From positions 16,318 through 80,317 of the forward strand of contig CAYWJO010000011.1 of NCBI GenBank assembly GCA_964458565.1: a stretch of DNA of 64,000 nt. The letters are read 5' to 3'. The DNA is from an uncultured archaeon. Its GTDB lineage: Archaea > Asgardarchaeota > Thorarchaeia > Thorarchaeales > Thorarchaeaceae. The position numbers and the translations under genes are program-made. Under the pieces are notes generated by a model. That model saw nothing but the letters and a program-made list of their open reading frames with translations, made no database searches and was not told the DNA's origin. Position 1 is the first letter of the stretch. Every line of letters starts with the position of its first letter. Of this stretch, positions 20,688 to 29,849 are shown in pieces.

Positions 20688-20915
20688 TCTCTGTTAGCGC
20701 AAATACTCGTAACTCCAGAAGTCCCGTGCCACAAAGGCTTTTATTAGGCTGGACTGTTAGAACATCCAGCCCTGAAACTAGACTTCATGTTCAGAGAGCT
20801 AACCCATCAACATTGACCTCGTCAATCAAAATATGCAGTGAATCAATGAGGTGTAAAAAATTAGGAAGGACCTCTCATTAACACTCACCAAAACCCGAAT
20901 TAGTGGAGGCTTTTT

Positions 20916-21479
20916 ATGAGAAAAGACTTAGCTGGCCGCATACATCTTAAGCTTGTCTTCTATGGTCCATCACTAGGAGGCAAAACAACTGCATTAAGAT
21001 GGTTGTACGGTAAAGTCGAAGGCCTGCAGAAAGGTGAGTTCACTGCTATCGAGGATGAAACGAATCGGACCTTATTCTTCGACTATGTACCAATGAGTGC
21101 AGGTGGTCGAGTGCTGTTTGATGTGTTTACTGTTGCAGGCCAGAAGCGACATAGACATCAAAGAAAGGTTGTTCTTCAAGGCACAGATGGAATCCTATTT
21201 GTCGCAGACTCTTCCCCCGATCAACGTGAAGAGAACACAGAAAGCTTTGAGGAGCTCAAGTTATTTCTCGGAGATGCGTTGGGTCGTGAAATCCCAATAG
21301 TTGTTATGTTGAACAAGCGTGACCTACCAAACAGGATGTCACGAGACGAAATGCTTGACCTGCTCGGTCTAGGTGGGAACGTACCTATATATGAGACAAT
21401 AGCTGTCCAAGGAGTAGGTGTAAAACGAGCTTTCCAGTCGATAGCGCGAGAAGTGATATTGAAACGAATGTACAAGTAG
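20916..21479 (+). CDS. mglA: MglA-type small GTPase
   Basis: KLVFYGPSLGGKTT (G1), RTLFFDY (MglA switch I), TVAGQ (MglA-type G3), NKRD (G4). Confidence 0.85.
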   Translation: MRKDLAGRIHLKLVFYGPSLGGKTTALRWLYGKVEGLQKGEFTAIEDETNRTLFFDYVPMSAGGRVLFDVFTVAGQKRHRHQRKVVLQGTDGILFVADSSPDQREENTESFEELKLFLGDALGREIPIVVMLNKRDLPNRMSRDEMLDLLGLGGNVPIYETIAVQGVGVKRAFQSIAREVILKRMYK

Positions 21480-21488
21480 GGTGAGACC

Positions 21489-21860
21489 ATGGCAGAAACA
21501 CGTGGAGATACTCTTGAAGGTGTATTGAATGAGTTACAGGGTAGTATACCCGAGATTGAGGCATGTGCCATTGTGAGTGTTGAGGGTCTACCAATTGTGT
21601 CGGCTCTACCAGCTGATGTTGATGAGGCTAAAGTCGCTGCTATGACTGCTGCTATGTTAACCCTCGGCGAAAAAGCGGCGATGGAACTTGGAAAGGGTAA
21701 TCTTGAACAGGTCAATGTCAAAGGTGTTGATGGGTGGCTACTTGTCGTAGCAGCTGGTATGAATGCATGTCTTACTGTATCAACCACTGCTAATGCCAAA
21801 TTAGGGCTAATCTTTCTTGACATGAAACGTGCTGCTGATAAGATTGCAAAGATGATTTAG
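21489..21860 (+). CDS. Roadblock/LC7 (MglB-like) protein
   Basis: IEACAIVSVEGLPIVSAL...VAAMTAAMLTLGE...AKLGLIFLDMKRAA. Confidence 0.92.
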   Translation: MAETRGDTLEGVLNELQGSIPEIEACAIVSVEGLPIVSALPADVDEAKVAAMTAAMLTLGEKAAMELGKGNLEQVNVKGVDGWLLVVAAGMNACLTVSTTANAKLGLIFLDMKRAADKIAKMI

Positions 21861-21924
21861 TCCGTAGTTCAATCCTGACACTAACATCAAGTCTTTTAGG
21901 GGAACACATTCAGCTCGAATGTAG

Positions 21925-22704
21925 GTGTTGAACTACTTGAATCTCGCTGGGCCCGTCTATAGACTGTACGAGTATTGGCTTTACCAACAATTGGACAAAA
22001 AGAAAGCCCCCCATCATGTCGGTATCATTCTAGATGGTAATAGACGATATGCCCGTGAACATGGAATTGACATGCCATGGTTTGGCCACCATAAAGGTGC
22101 TCAGAAAGTCATGGAAGTTCTTCGCATTCTTTGGGAGGCTGGAGTGAAGGTATGTACCCTCTATGCCTTCTCAGCTGAGAATTTCGATCGTACAGATGAT
22201 GAGATTAATGAAATCATGATAATTGCACGTGAAAAGTTCAATGAGGTTGTCGGTAACCCAGATGTTCATCGTCATCGTGTTCGAATCAGAGCAATCGGAC
22301 GAACTGACCTTTTACCAGAAGAAGTTCAGGATTCAATTCAGCTTGCTGAAGCAGAAACCGCACAATATAGCGATCATATATTGAACGTAGCAATCAGCTA
22401 CACAGGGAGAGCTGAGCTCGTTGATGCTGTTCGTTCGATTGGGGAGAAGATACAGTCTGGTGAGTTATCACCGAGTGCTATCGATGAGCGTGTGATTGAA
22501 ACCCATCTCTATACCAATGGTGTTCCTGATCCCGACCTCATCATACGTACTAGTGGTGAAGAGCGCCTCTCTGGATTCTTACTCTGGCAATCTGCATATT
22601 CTGAGCTCTATTTTGCTCAAATTTACTGGCCTGCAGTGAGAAGGATAGACATCTGGCGTGCATTGCGATCGTATGAAAAACGACACCGACGTTATGGAAA
22701 ATAA
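21925..22704 (+). CDS. uppS: cis-prenyltransferase (polyprenyl diphosphate synthase)
   Basis: HVGIILDGNRR, YAFSAENFDR and DLIIRTSGEERLSGFLLWQ. Confidence 0.95.
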   Translation: MLNYLNLAGPVYRLYEYWLYQQLDKKKAPHHVGIILDGNRRYAREHGIDMPWFGHHKGAQKVMEVLRILWEAGVKVCTLYAFSAENFDRTDDEINEIMIIAREKFNEVVGNPDVHRHRVRIRAIGRTDLLPEEVQDSIQLAEAETAQYSDHILNVAISYTGRAELVDAVRSIGEKIQSGELSPSAIDERVIETHLYTNGVPDPDLIIRTSGEERLSGFLLWQSAYSELYFAQIYWPAVRRIDIWRALRSYEKRHRRYGK

Positions 22705-22815
22705 AATAGCCATCAATAGCAAACGTTACACAGCCTTTTATGTAATATGACTTGAAATGTACGATGGAATAGAACTGAGTCGGAATCTTGTAAAACGAAC
22801 AGGAGAAAAACGCTC

Positions 22816-24012
22816 TTGACGAGAAGGCCAATTGATGTGTATCGGGGAATAATGGAGTCACAGCTGGACTCAGGTCTCTCTCCACACATCACATCTTTTG
22901 TGAATCAATTTTCTGATTATACGTTTGCTGGACATCCTGTTTCAGCACATATTACGAGATTTCTTGACATAATTGCGCGATTGGTAGCATATCTGGATTC
23001 AAGAACAGTCGCTGGACTTGAAGATCTCACCCTCGCAATTGACACTCTTGATTATTTTTCATCATCATCAAAATGGTGGAATATTGAACGCAAGGATCCC
23101 AGTTTCATAATTAAACCTCCTGCACAAGACCCCCGAGAACTCATGGGATTGTTAGCTAACGTAACAGTCGATAGTGGAACAATGAGCAGAATCACAGGTT
23201 CTATTGAACGCCTAGCTAGATTTCTAGATGAGCATAAGTTCACTCACCAAGAAGCATCTGATAAGCTGTCTGAATCTTTGGCATCAATGTGGGTCTTACT
23301 AAGTGCATTTGCCTGCAAGGGGCAAGGTCGTAATGTCACATCCGAGAATGACTTTGAGATTGCTTATGATACTGTACGCATACTGCTCTTTCATTGTACA
23401 CGCGATAATTTTAGAACACTGACTTCAGTTCGCTTACTCGGAATGAGCAGCAAGCTAGCAAAAGTAACAACAATCGGGATCTCTCCCGGGTTTGAAGACA
23501 GATTAGATTCTTCCATTGCTTCCACGCTTGAAAATTCGTATCATGAAGAATCCAATGCTCCAACTCACAAACTATCTACCTCTATACGTCATGTGTTTAC
23601 AAATTCTCTTAGACTGCTATCGCAACTTGAGGCTCTTGAGCGCGGTCTTGACAGAATAGAAGCTTCTGATTATCAGAGTGTTATTAGGGGTGCGTTAGAC
23701 AGGCTATCTTCTATGAATATCGATGAAGGAATTCTGCACACTGAGACCCTTGCGATAGGGCTATTCAAGAGAACCGAATTATCAGAAGAATTAGTTCAAA
23801 GAATGGACCTACTTGCTCGGCGTCTTGAGGGACTCATTGTAGCTGCAACAGGAAATCGGGAGTTTCTATTCAAGTATAGTAAACTTGTTCCAAGATTGTT
23901 GTCTTTGATACTCCTCTTAGCAGGTGGTACTATTGATAAGTCTAGGAACTCCGTTGAATATGATGACATCGAGCGAGCCATGATTTTAGTTCACTCATTA
24001 TTCAGCAGCTAA
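22816..24012 (+). CDS. Hypothetical protein with four tandem AAA+-lid-like helical repeats
   Basis: 398-aa ORF with a repeated R-x6-D-hydrophobic-x2-A motif about every 100 aa; no Walker motifs. Confidence 0.65.
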   Translation: MTRRPIDVYRGIMESQLDSGLSPHITSFVNQFSDYTFAGHPVSAHITRFLDIIARLVAYLDSRTVAGLEDLTLAIDTLDYFSSSSKWWNIERKDPSFIIKPPAQDPRELMGLLANVTVDSGTMSRITGSIERLARFLDEHKFTHQEASDKLSESLASMWVLLSAFACKGQGRNVTSENDFEIAYDTVRILLFHCTRDNFRTLTSVRLLGMSSKLAKVTTIGISPGFEDRLDSSIASTLENSYHEESNAPTHKLSTSIRHVFTNSLRLLSQLEALERGLDRIEASDYQSVIRGALDRLSSMNIDEGILHTETLAIGLFKRTELSEELVQRMDLLARRLEGLIVAATGNREFLFKYSKLVPRLLSLILLLAGGTIDKSRNSVEYDDIERAMILVHSLFSS

Positions 24013-24020
24013 TTCTTTAA

Positions 24021-24767
24021 CTAGTGCTCAGCAGTTTCTTTTTTATCCGGATTTTCGATTAGAATTCTTGCATCAACAACAAGAGCACCTTTACCCTTTT
24101 CATACACAAATGTGGGATTGCAGTCTAGTTCAGTAATTTCTGGGTTTTCATCAATCATTTTGGATACTTTCATGATAATTTCTACAAGTGCATCCACATC
24201 TCTTGGTGCCTGACCTCTGATACCTTCCAATATCTTTACTGCCTTAATTTCATTAATCATCTCACGCGCGTCTATTTCCTCCATGGGAATTAGTCTAAAG
24301 GTGACATCCTTCAGAACCTCAACGAAAATACCACCAAGTCCAAACATAAGTGCATGACCGAACTGTGGATCACGCGTGACACCCACAATGACCTCTGTGC
24401 CTTGTTCAGCAAAATCTGTGATGAATACACCCCTGCTCAAGTCAATTGTGATACCTTTCTTTTCTCCATACTTCTTCGCATTTTCCATTATCTCATCGAA
24501 CGCCTTTCGGACTTCTTCCTCGCTCTTAAGATTGAGTTTTACTCCACCTGCATCCGACTTGTGTAAAACGTCTTTAGATAATATCTTCAAGACGACTGGG
24601 AATCCAACTTCCTTAGACTTTGCTACAGCCTCATCAGCAGTAGCAGCAGTCGCATAAGGTGGTATCGGAATTCCATATTCTCTCATAATATCTTTCGCTT
24701 CATGTTCAAGAACGAAGGTACGTCCTTCTTCCAATGCCGTCTTGAAAATCTTCTTTGCTAACTTCAT
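24021..24767 (-). CDS. acdB: ADP-forming acetate/acyl-CoA ligase beta subunit
   Basis: ATP-grasp motifs GFPVVLKI, HKSDAGGV, FGLGGIFVEV and ELDCNP. Confidence 0.92.
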   Translation of the reverse strand: MKLAKKIFKTALEEGRTFVLEHEAKDIMREYGIPIPPYATAATADEAVAKSKEVGFPVVLKILSKDVLHKSDAGGVKLNLKSEEEVRKAFDEIMENAKKYGEKKGITIDLSRGVFITDFAEQGTEVIVGVTRDPQFGHALMFGLGGIFVEVLKDVTFRLIPMEEIDAREMINEIKAVKILEGIRGQAPRDVDALVEIIMKVSKMIDENPEITELDCNPTFVYEKGKGALVVDARILIENPDKKETAEH

Positions 24768-24810
24768 TATCTTAGACCTCTGACACTATTTTCTGTTTGA
24801 CTTGTTGTAT

Positions 24811-26253
24811 TTATGGTTTCTCGGAACCCTTTGCCTTAATGAATTTGTCACCATACTTGATTTCCCCGTATCGAGCTAGAGCCCATGCTGCAAGAGCACC
24901 CTTTTCACCAGTAGCATAAGTAGGCACACCCATCAATTCCATTATTTCCCCAGCTTTTCTAGTGAATGCTCCGCCCTGTGATACTACTATGAATGGCTTT
25001 CCTGACTGTCTTTGCCAATTGGAAATCACATTAGTTATTTCCATTCCTAGTGTGGGTGTTTGAAGTAGCATACCAACTACGAAAATATCGTATTCTTCAC
25101 TCTTTATTGCTTCATCAAATACAACATCATATCTATTCGAGTCTGAATCACCAACCACATCACAGGGATTGCCCCATGCACAATATGAAGGAAGTCTCTC
25201 TGCGAGCCTCTTGTCTAGTTCTTGGGACGGATGGGGCATAGCAAGATCTAATGCATCAAGGGCATCTGTAGTCATGACTCCCAATCCCCCACCGTTGGTT
25301 ATCATTAACACACGATTTCCTTTTGCCGGAGGCTGCAGAGCAAGTGCTTTTGCCATATCAAACATCTCCTCGAAGTTCTGCGCTCTAATGATTCCTGATT
25401 GATGGTATGCGGCATCAGCTACATTGTCTGAACCTGCTAAGGAGCCGGTATGTGATATTGCTGCTTCCATTGCTCGTGCACTCCTGCCTGACTTCACCAC
25501 AAGAACTGGCTTGTTCTTTGTGACATTCTGTGCAGTCTCAAAGAAAGACCGTCCTTTTCCTGGGTCATAACCCTCAGTGTAATAGCAAATCACTTGAGTA
25601 GATGTATCCTCACCCAGAAAACATAACAAGTCATCATCATCGACATCACATTTGTTCCCCAATGAAATCAGCTTACTGATACCAAGACCAAGCTCTGAGG
25701 TCCAATCTGAAATAGCTGCAGCAAATGCACCTGATTGTGAAACAAGTGAGATATTTGCGACATTGCTTGCCCTTGGTCTTCCGCATCTATGTTCAGGAAG
25801 GAAGAATGTATCAACATGTGTATGCGTATCAATCACACCAACACAGTTTGGACCAATAATTCGGATACCATTCTGTCTTCCAATGGCCACAATTTCATTC
25901 TCAAGCTCAGTACCTCTCTCACCTGTTTCAGAAAAACCACCTGAGATGACTATAGCTGCTCTAATACCTTTCTTTGCAATATCATCAAAGACCATAGGCG
26001 CATAACGTGCCGGTACTGCTACAACAACCATATCTATTTGATCGGGAATATCTTGCAGGGTTGGATAACAGGGGATGCCTAGTACATTATCATACTTCGG
26101 ATTAACTGCGTATACCTTTCCAGTATAATGTGGTTTGATGAAGTTCTGTACGATTGCCTGTCCTACACTGTTTGGTGATGCTGAGGCTCCATATATGGCC
26201 ACAGTCTTGGCAGAGAAGAACAAATCCAAGTCGGAAGTCACGCAATGTACCAC
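24811..26253 (-). CDS. acdA: ADP-forming acetate/acyl-CoA ligase alpha subunit
   Basis: GPNCVG, SQSGA, SLGNKCD, phospho-His motif SHTGSLAG and TNGGG. Confidence 0.92.
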   Translation of the reverse strand: MVHCVTSDLDLFFSAKTVAIYGASASPNSVGQAIVQNFIKPHYTGKVYAVNPKYDNVLGIPCYPTLQDIPDQIDMVVVAVPARYAPMVFDDIAKKGIRAAIVISGGFSETGERGTELENEIVAIGRQNGIRIIGPNCVGVIDTHTHVDTFFLPEHRCGRPRASNVANISLVSQSGAFAAAISDWTSELGLGISKLISLGNKCDVDDDDLLCFLGEDTSTQVICYYTEGYDPGKGRSFFETAQNVTKNKPVLVVKSGRSARAMEAAISHTGSLAGSDNVADAAYHQSGIIRAQNFEEMFDMAKALALQPPAKGNRVLMITNGGGLGVMTTDALDALDLAMPHPSQELDKRLAERLPSYCAWGNPCDVVGDSDSNRYDVVFDEAIKSEEYDIFVVGMLLQTPTLGMEITNVISNWQRQSGKPFIVVSQGGAFTRKAGEIMELMGVPTYATGEKGALAAWALARYGEIKYGDKFIKAKGSEKP

Positions 26254-26347
26254 AGTAAGGCTCTCCTACTAAGTAAGTGACATAACCCCTTTTTCATAGC
26301 CTATACTTGTAGCTTGTTGTGTGGTATCAATATCCTAATAGCAAATT

Positions 26348-27391
26348 ATGAGAACCCCAGCATTGAGAATAATGACCTTTGATATTGATGAGGATGGTCC
26401 TCTAGTCATGCAGTCATCGATTGAGGAATTAGATAACTGGATATTGAAAGGATTCGGGATACGTACCCAGAACTTCGGACAAGACATCTTTTTCTATAGT
26501 CCTACATCCTATCCTCACAATATTGAAGATCATCGTATTTCCAATACAGATAATTTTGTATCCCTTAGTGTAACGGGTACCAGCTGTTCTCTTATGTGTA
26601 AACACTGTGAGGGACGCTTTCTGAAAGGAATGGAACCGACTATCACTCCTGAAGCGCTGTATGAAAGATGCGAAGAAGTATTTCAGAATGAAGGTGAAGG
26701 CGTACTAATCAGTGGTGGCTCTAATTCAAGAGGTCATGTTGTACTTGATAGATTTGTGGATACGATTTCCAAGGTCAAACGAAACTTGAATCTCAAAGTT
26801 GTTGTCCACACAGGTTTGGTTGATGAAGATACTGCTCAAAAACTTGGACAAGCAGGCATAGATGCGGCAATGCTTGATATAATTGGAGATGATGCAGTTT
26901 CAGAGGATGTCTATCGAATTCCAGATGGTCCAGAAAAGATGAACCGTTCAATGGCCTTATTATATGAGCAAGGCATTCCTTTAGTGCCTCATTTACTGGT
27001 TGGTCTAAACTATGGTCATCTGTCTGGAGAGCTAAAGGCTTTACAGATGATTTCCTCATTCAAACCTGAAGCTGTTGTGGTGATTGCGTTAAATCCGATA
27101 CGAAATACCGCAATGGAACATGCAACACCACCTTCCCCTGAGAATATCGGCCGAGTTCTTACCGTGGCGCGTCTTGGGATGCCTACAAGCCCACTTCTAC
27201 TCGGTTGTGCTCGTCCGTTAGGGAAACACAAAATTGACACCGATCTATATGCGGTAAGATGTGGAGTCAATGGAATTGCTTACGCAAGCCAAGATGGTGT
27301 TGATTTTGCTAAGTCAAAAGGTCTTAGTCCTATATTCAGAGATGTGTGTTGTAGTCTTGCATACCAGATGATTGGCTCAATCGGTTTCTGA
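26348..27391 (+). CDS. Radical SAM protein, biotin-synthase-related (LipS1-like)
   Basis: SVTGTSCSLMCKHC (CxxxCxxC), LISGG, LLGCARP and a C-terminal CCS. Confidence 0.75.
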   Translation: MRTPALRIMTFDIDEDGPLVMQSSIEELDNWILKGFGIRTQNFGQDIFFYSPTSYPHNIEDHRISNTDNFVSLSVTGTSCSLMCKHCEGRFLKGMEPTITPEALYERCEEVFQNEGEGVLISGGSNSRGHVVLDRFVDTISKVKRNLNLKVVVHTGLVDEDTAQKLGQAGIDAAMLDIIGDDAVSEDVYRIPDGPEKMNRSMALLYEQGIPLVPHLLVGLNYGHLSGELKALQMISSFKPEAVVVIALNPIRNTAMEHATPPSPENIGRVLTVARLGMPTSPLLLGCARPLGKHKIDTDLYAVRCGVNGIAYASQDGVDFAKSKGLSPIFRDVCCSLAYQMIGSIGF

Positions 27392-27923
27392 CTAACCATC
27401 CTACTAATTCATATCCCCCATCAAAAAACCAGAGTCCTACAGCTGCAAAGAGGAATGGAGGCCAGGGGATTGAAAGGAGTAAGACTGATAGTTTGAGAGT
27501 GAGCCTGTAAGCAAAGAAACGGCTTGCTCTAGGTGAAGCGGTTTCATCTGCCCAATCATTACCTCGTTCATCTAAGATTGCAGCAAGTAGCAAGCATACC
27601 AGCAAAGCGAGCCATCCAAACCAATCTGATATTGGTGGTACACCAAGAATTAACAAAATACCGAAGATAGCTGCGAATCCTCCTAGATATCCAACACTGT
27701 CTACTTTTCCAGAAAGAATCACACCAATAATGATTGCTGATAATAAAACCAGGTCCCATTCGGATACAGCCATGAGAATACCGAAGAACACGCCTGCTAA
27801 AGCTAATGGCGCTCCTGCTAAAGAGGGACGTTCCAGCTCATCAAGCAGATCATCACCCAGCTTGAGCGAAACTCCAGCAGAAAAATAAACACTGAGATAC
27901 AGGATAAACTCAAACTCGGTCAT
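27336..27923 (-). CDS. Multi-pass membrane protein
   Basis: About 6 hydrophobic helices; KLGDDLLDE motif. Confidence 0.75.
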   Translation of the reverse strand: MTEFEFILYLSVYFSAGVSLKLGDDLLDELERPSLAGAPLALAGVFFGILMAVSEWDLVLLSAIIIGVILSGKVDSVGYLGGFAAIFGILLILGVPPISDWFGWLALLVCLLLAAILDERGNDWADETASPRASRFFAYRLTLKLSVLLLSIPWPPFLFAAVGLWFFDGGYELVGWLVRNRLSQSSGMQDYNTHL

Positions 27924-27972
27924 CGTATTTACTCCGGAGTTAAAGGTGGCCCCTCAGCCTAGTAGTGCTGTC

Positions 27973-27991
27973 CCTCAGCCTAACTATGACA
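27973..27991 (+). repeat. 19-bp direct repeat, copy 1 (CCTCAGCCTAACTATGACA)
   Basis: Exact match to 28666-28684; a partial extra copy CCCTCAGCCTA lies at 27951-27961. Confidence 0.85.
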
Positions 27992-28247
27992 CTTCATCGC
28001 TCGTTTTGAGCATTAGTAGCCAATTGACATCATCAGGACAGCATTTTGAAATAGATTATTTCAGTCTTATAGTTTTGTAAAGAGAATCAAACCTTTTGGC
28101 TACTTTGAAACTCAATTTCATGAAATCCAATTATAAATAACTCATTGAACTACGAGAATATTTTTTATAAACCACCATAATCATATATTTATCAAAAGAT
28201 TCAATGATTCATTAACTAAATAAGTGAACTCCAACTATATACCTATT

Positions 28248-28478
28248 TTAACTGATATAAGAATCAGCACGCTTCTGAGCATCTTTCTCAGTACGACCAA
28301 GCTTGACTTGTTCTGCACTGATCTTTTCGTATCTCTCCTCAAACACATCATACGCTCGCTTGAGGAAGAGCATACCAAAGATGTATTCCTTGAACTCAGC
28401 AGCATCCATCTTTCCACGAAGGATATCAGCAGCTGCAAAGAGATGACGTTCTAGTTGTTGAAGGGTCAATCGTGCCAT
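28248..28478 (-). pseudogene. hsdM: Type I restriction-modification methyltransferase HsdM, N-terminal fragment
   Basis: [33 protein letters not shown] is the HsdM N-terminal signature. The frame stops after 76 aa and runs into AT-rich DNA. Confidence 0.85.
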
Positions 28479-28552
28479 TTGTTTAGCGCCCCATCTCAAA
28501 CATCCTGAATAGATTCGAAATGCCAACTGTTGTACAAAACTCTTTCCTAACC

Positions 28553-28649
28553 AATCTCATAATTGACTATACATCACCATAATCAAAGTGGTGACACTGG
28601 TAAGGGTAGGGTGGAACGCATGAGTTTCTTATTGTTGAGATTCACTCAC
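28553..28649 (+). ncRNA. Orphan copy of a putative TnpB omega-RNA / IS right-end element
   Basis: 28588-28649 matches the element downstream of the tnpB remnant (62555-62494, minus strand) at 46/62 nt without gaps; both end in ACTCAC. Confidence 0.55.
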
Positions 28650-28665
28650 TATAGAAATAGGTCAG

Positions 28666-28684
28666 CCTCAGCCTAACTATGACA
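28666..28684 (+). repeat. 19-bp direct repeat, copy 2
   Basis: Exact match to 27973-27991. Confidence 0.85.
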
Positions 28685-28712
28685 ATGATGTATCTTGCTA
28701 TAGAAATCGGTC

Positions 28713-28997
28713 CTATTCAAGAATTACAGGAGTCCCAATCGCTTGTCCAGGCAGGTTCGTCCGGAATTTTGCTCGGACAGCTCCACTATTACCATGAGGT
28801 CCAAGAATCTTTCCAAGAATCTCTTTTCCAGCCTCGGATGTCCATTTGACTTTCCTTCCAACAAGTGTAGATGCTTCAGCTTTTGTTTTTATCTCATCAA
28901 ATACTAAAAGGACCTGATTTGGATGCTGGAGATGTTTTCCTCTACGATAGCTTGTAACGACGCCTTCTAGGCCCTTTTTCAATTCACTCTTAGACAT
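28713..28997 (-). CDS. rpl35ae: 50S ribosomal protein L35Ae (eL33)
   Basis: GVVTSYRRG...HPNQVLL...GPHGNSGAVRAKFRTNLPGQAIG. Confidence 0.93.
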   Translation of the reverse strand: MSKSELKKGLEGVVTSYRRGKHLQHPNQVLLVFDEIKTKAEASTLVGRKVKWTSEAGKEILGKILGPHGNSGAVRAKFRTNLPGQAIGTPVILE

Positions 28998-29066
28998 CTG
29001 GTCTAACTCCTGTTGGCAATTCTCGTTCACGCCCTTCGAGATTCATATAAGACTTACTGAATGGAT

Positions 29067-29702
29067 TCATTCTAGGTCTAATCCATCAGTTTCAGAGGTA
29101 GGCATTCCTGCTTTTGCTATTCTTTTCTCTTCGGATTCTAGTATTACACTTTTCCCCTTCTCTAGTAGGACATCTCGAACCGAATAGCCCAATGGATCCT
29201 TGAGCTGTGCAATCCTGAAAAGTGCAAACCAAGTATGGCCATCACTATTCTCCTTTGCACTATAGAGATCATCGACAATCACTCGAGCCTTACTAATTAT
29301 ATCAACTGATGAACTGATTTCCATCACTAAATCTCGCTCTTTTTCATTTACCTGTTTGACTCTCCATACCATTTGTGCAGAACTTAATCCTGCTAATCCT
29401 AATACGAAAGCAACAATTACTACTGCATTCAAAAGCTCTGGTAAGAGGCTGGAATAGTACGCTAATACCAAGACGACAGAAACCAGCACAGAAAGAAAGA
29501 CAATTGCATCGAGGATTGCATTTCCTAATCTAGTCACTCGCCATTTGTAATATCTTGAGAGTGGATTTTTTGGAGTCCTGAAATGTGTGATATCCGTGAT
29601 ATATGCATCGCGCGCTCTTCTGTTTATCAAAATCATGAAAAATTGGATGACAAGTGCTGCAAGTATTGTCTGATAAATTGCTATTTCAACAGGAGTTTGC
29701 AT
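29067..29702 (-). CDS. Membrane protein of unknown function (3 TM helices)
   Basis: 211-aa ORF with three hydrophobic helices. Confidence 0.7.
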   Translation of the reverse strand: MQTPVEIAIYQTILAALVIQFFMILINRRARDAYITDITHFRTPKNPLSRYYKWRVTRLGNAILDAIVFLSVLVSVVLVLAYYSSLLPELLNAVVIVAFVLGLAGLSSAQMVWRVKQVNEKERDLVMEISSSVDIISKARVIVDDLYSAKENSDGHTWFALFRIAQLKDPLGYSVRDVLLEKGKSVILESEEKRIAKAGMPTSETDGLDLE

Positions 29703-29849
29703 TTGATATTCTCAATAGTACATTACGTTTAAGGCTATTGAACGTGGAAATCATCGATTACTTTCGGAATCCTCTCCATGCAAATCATGTTCGCTTAAAC
29801 AGACAATCGCTTTCCAGAAAGCTGAACCTTACATAAGCCCTCATAGAAA

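Noticed and set aside
27951-27991. Mini CRISPR array (CCCTCAGCCTA twice)
   Set aside because: The repeat is 11 bp with a 10-bp spacer, which is too short, and there are no cas genes.
27978-28677. GCCTAAC within the 19-bp repeats as an integron attC core (RYYYAAC)
   Set aside because: No matching GTTRRRY or attC hairpin was found within about 140 bp of either copy, and there is no integrase in the window.
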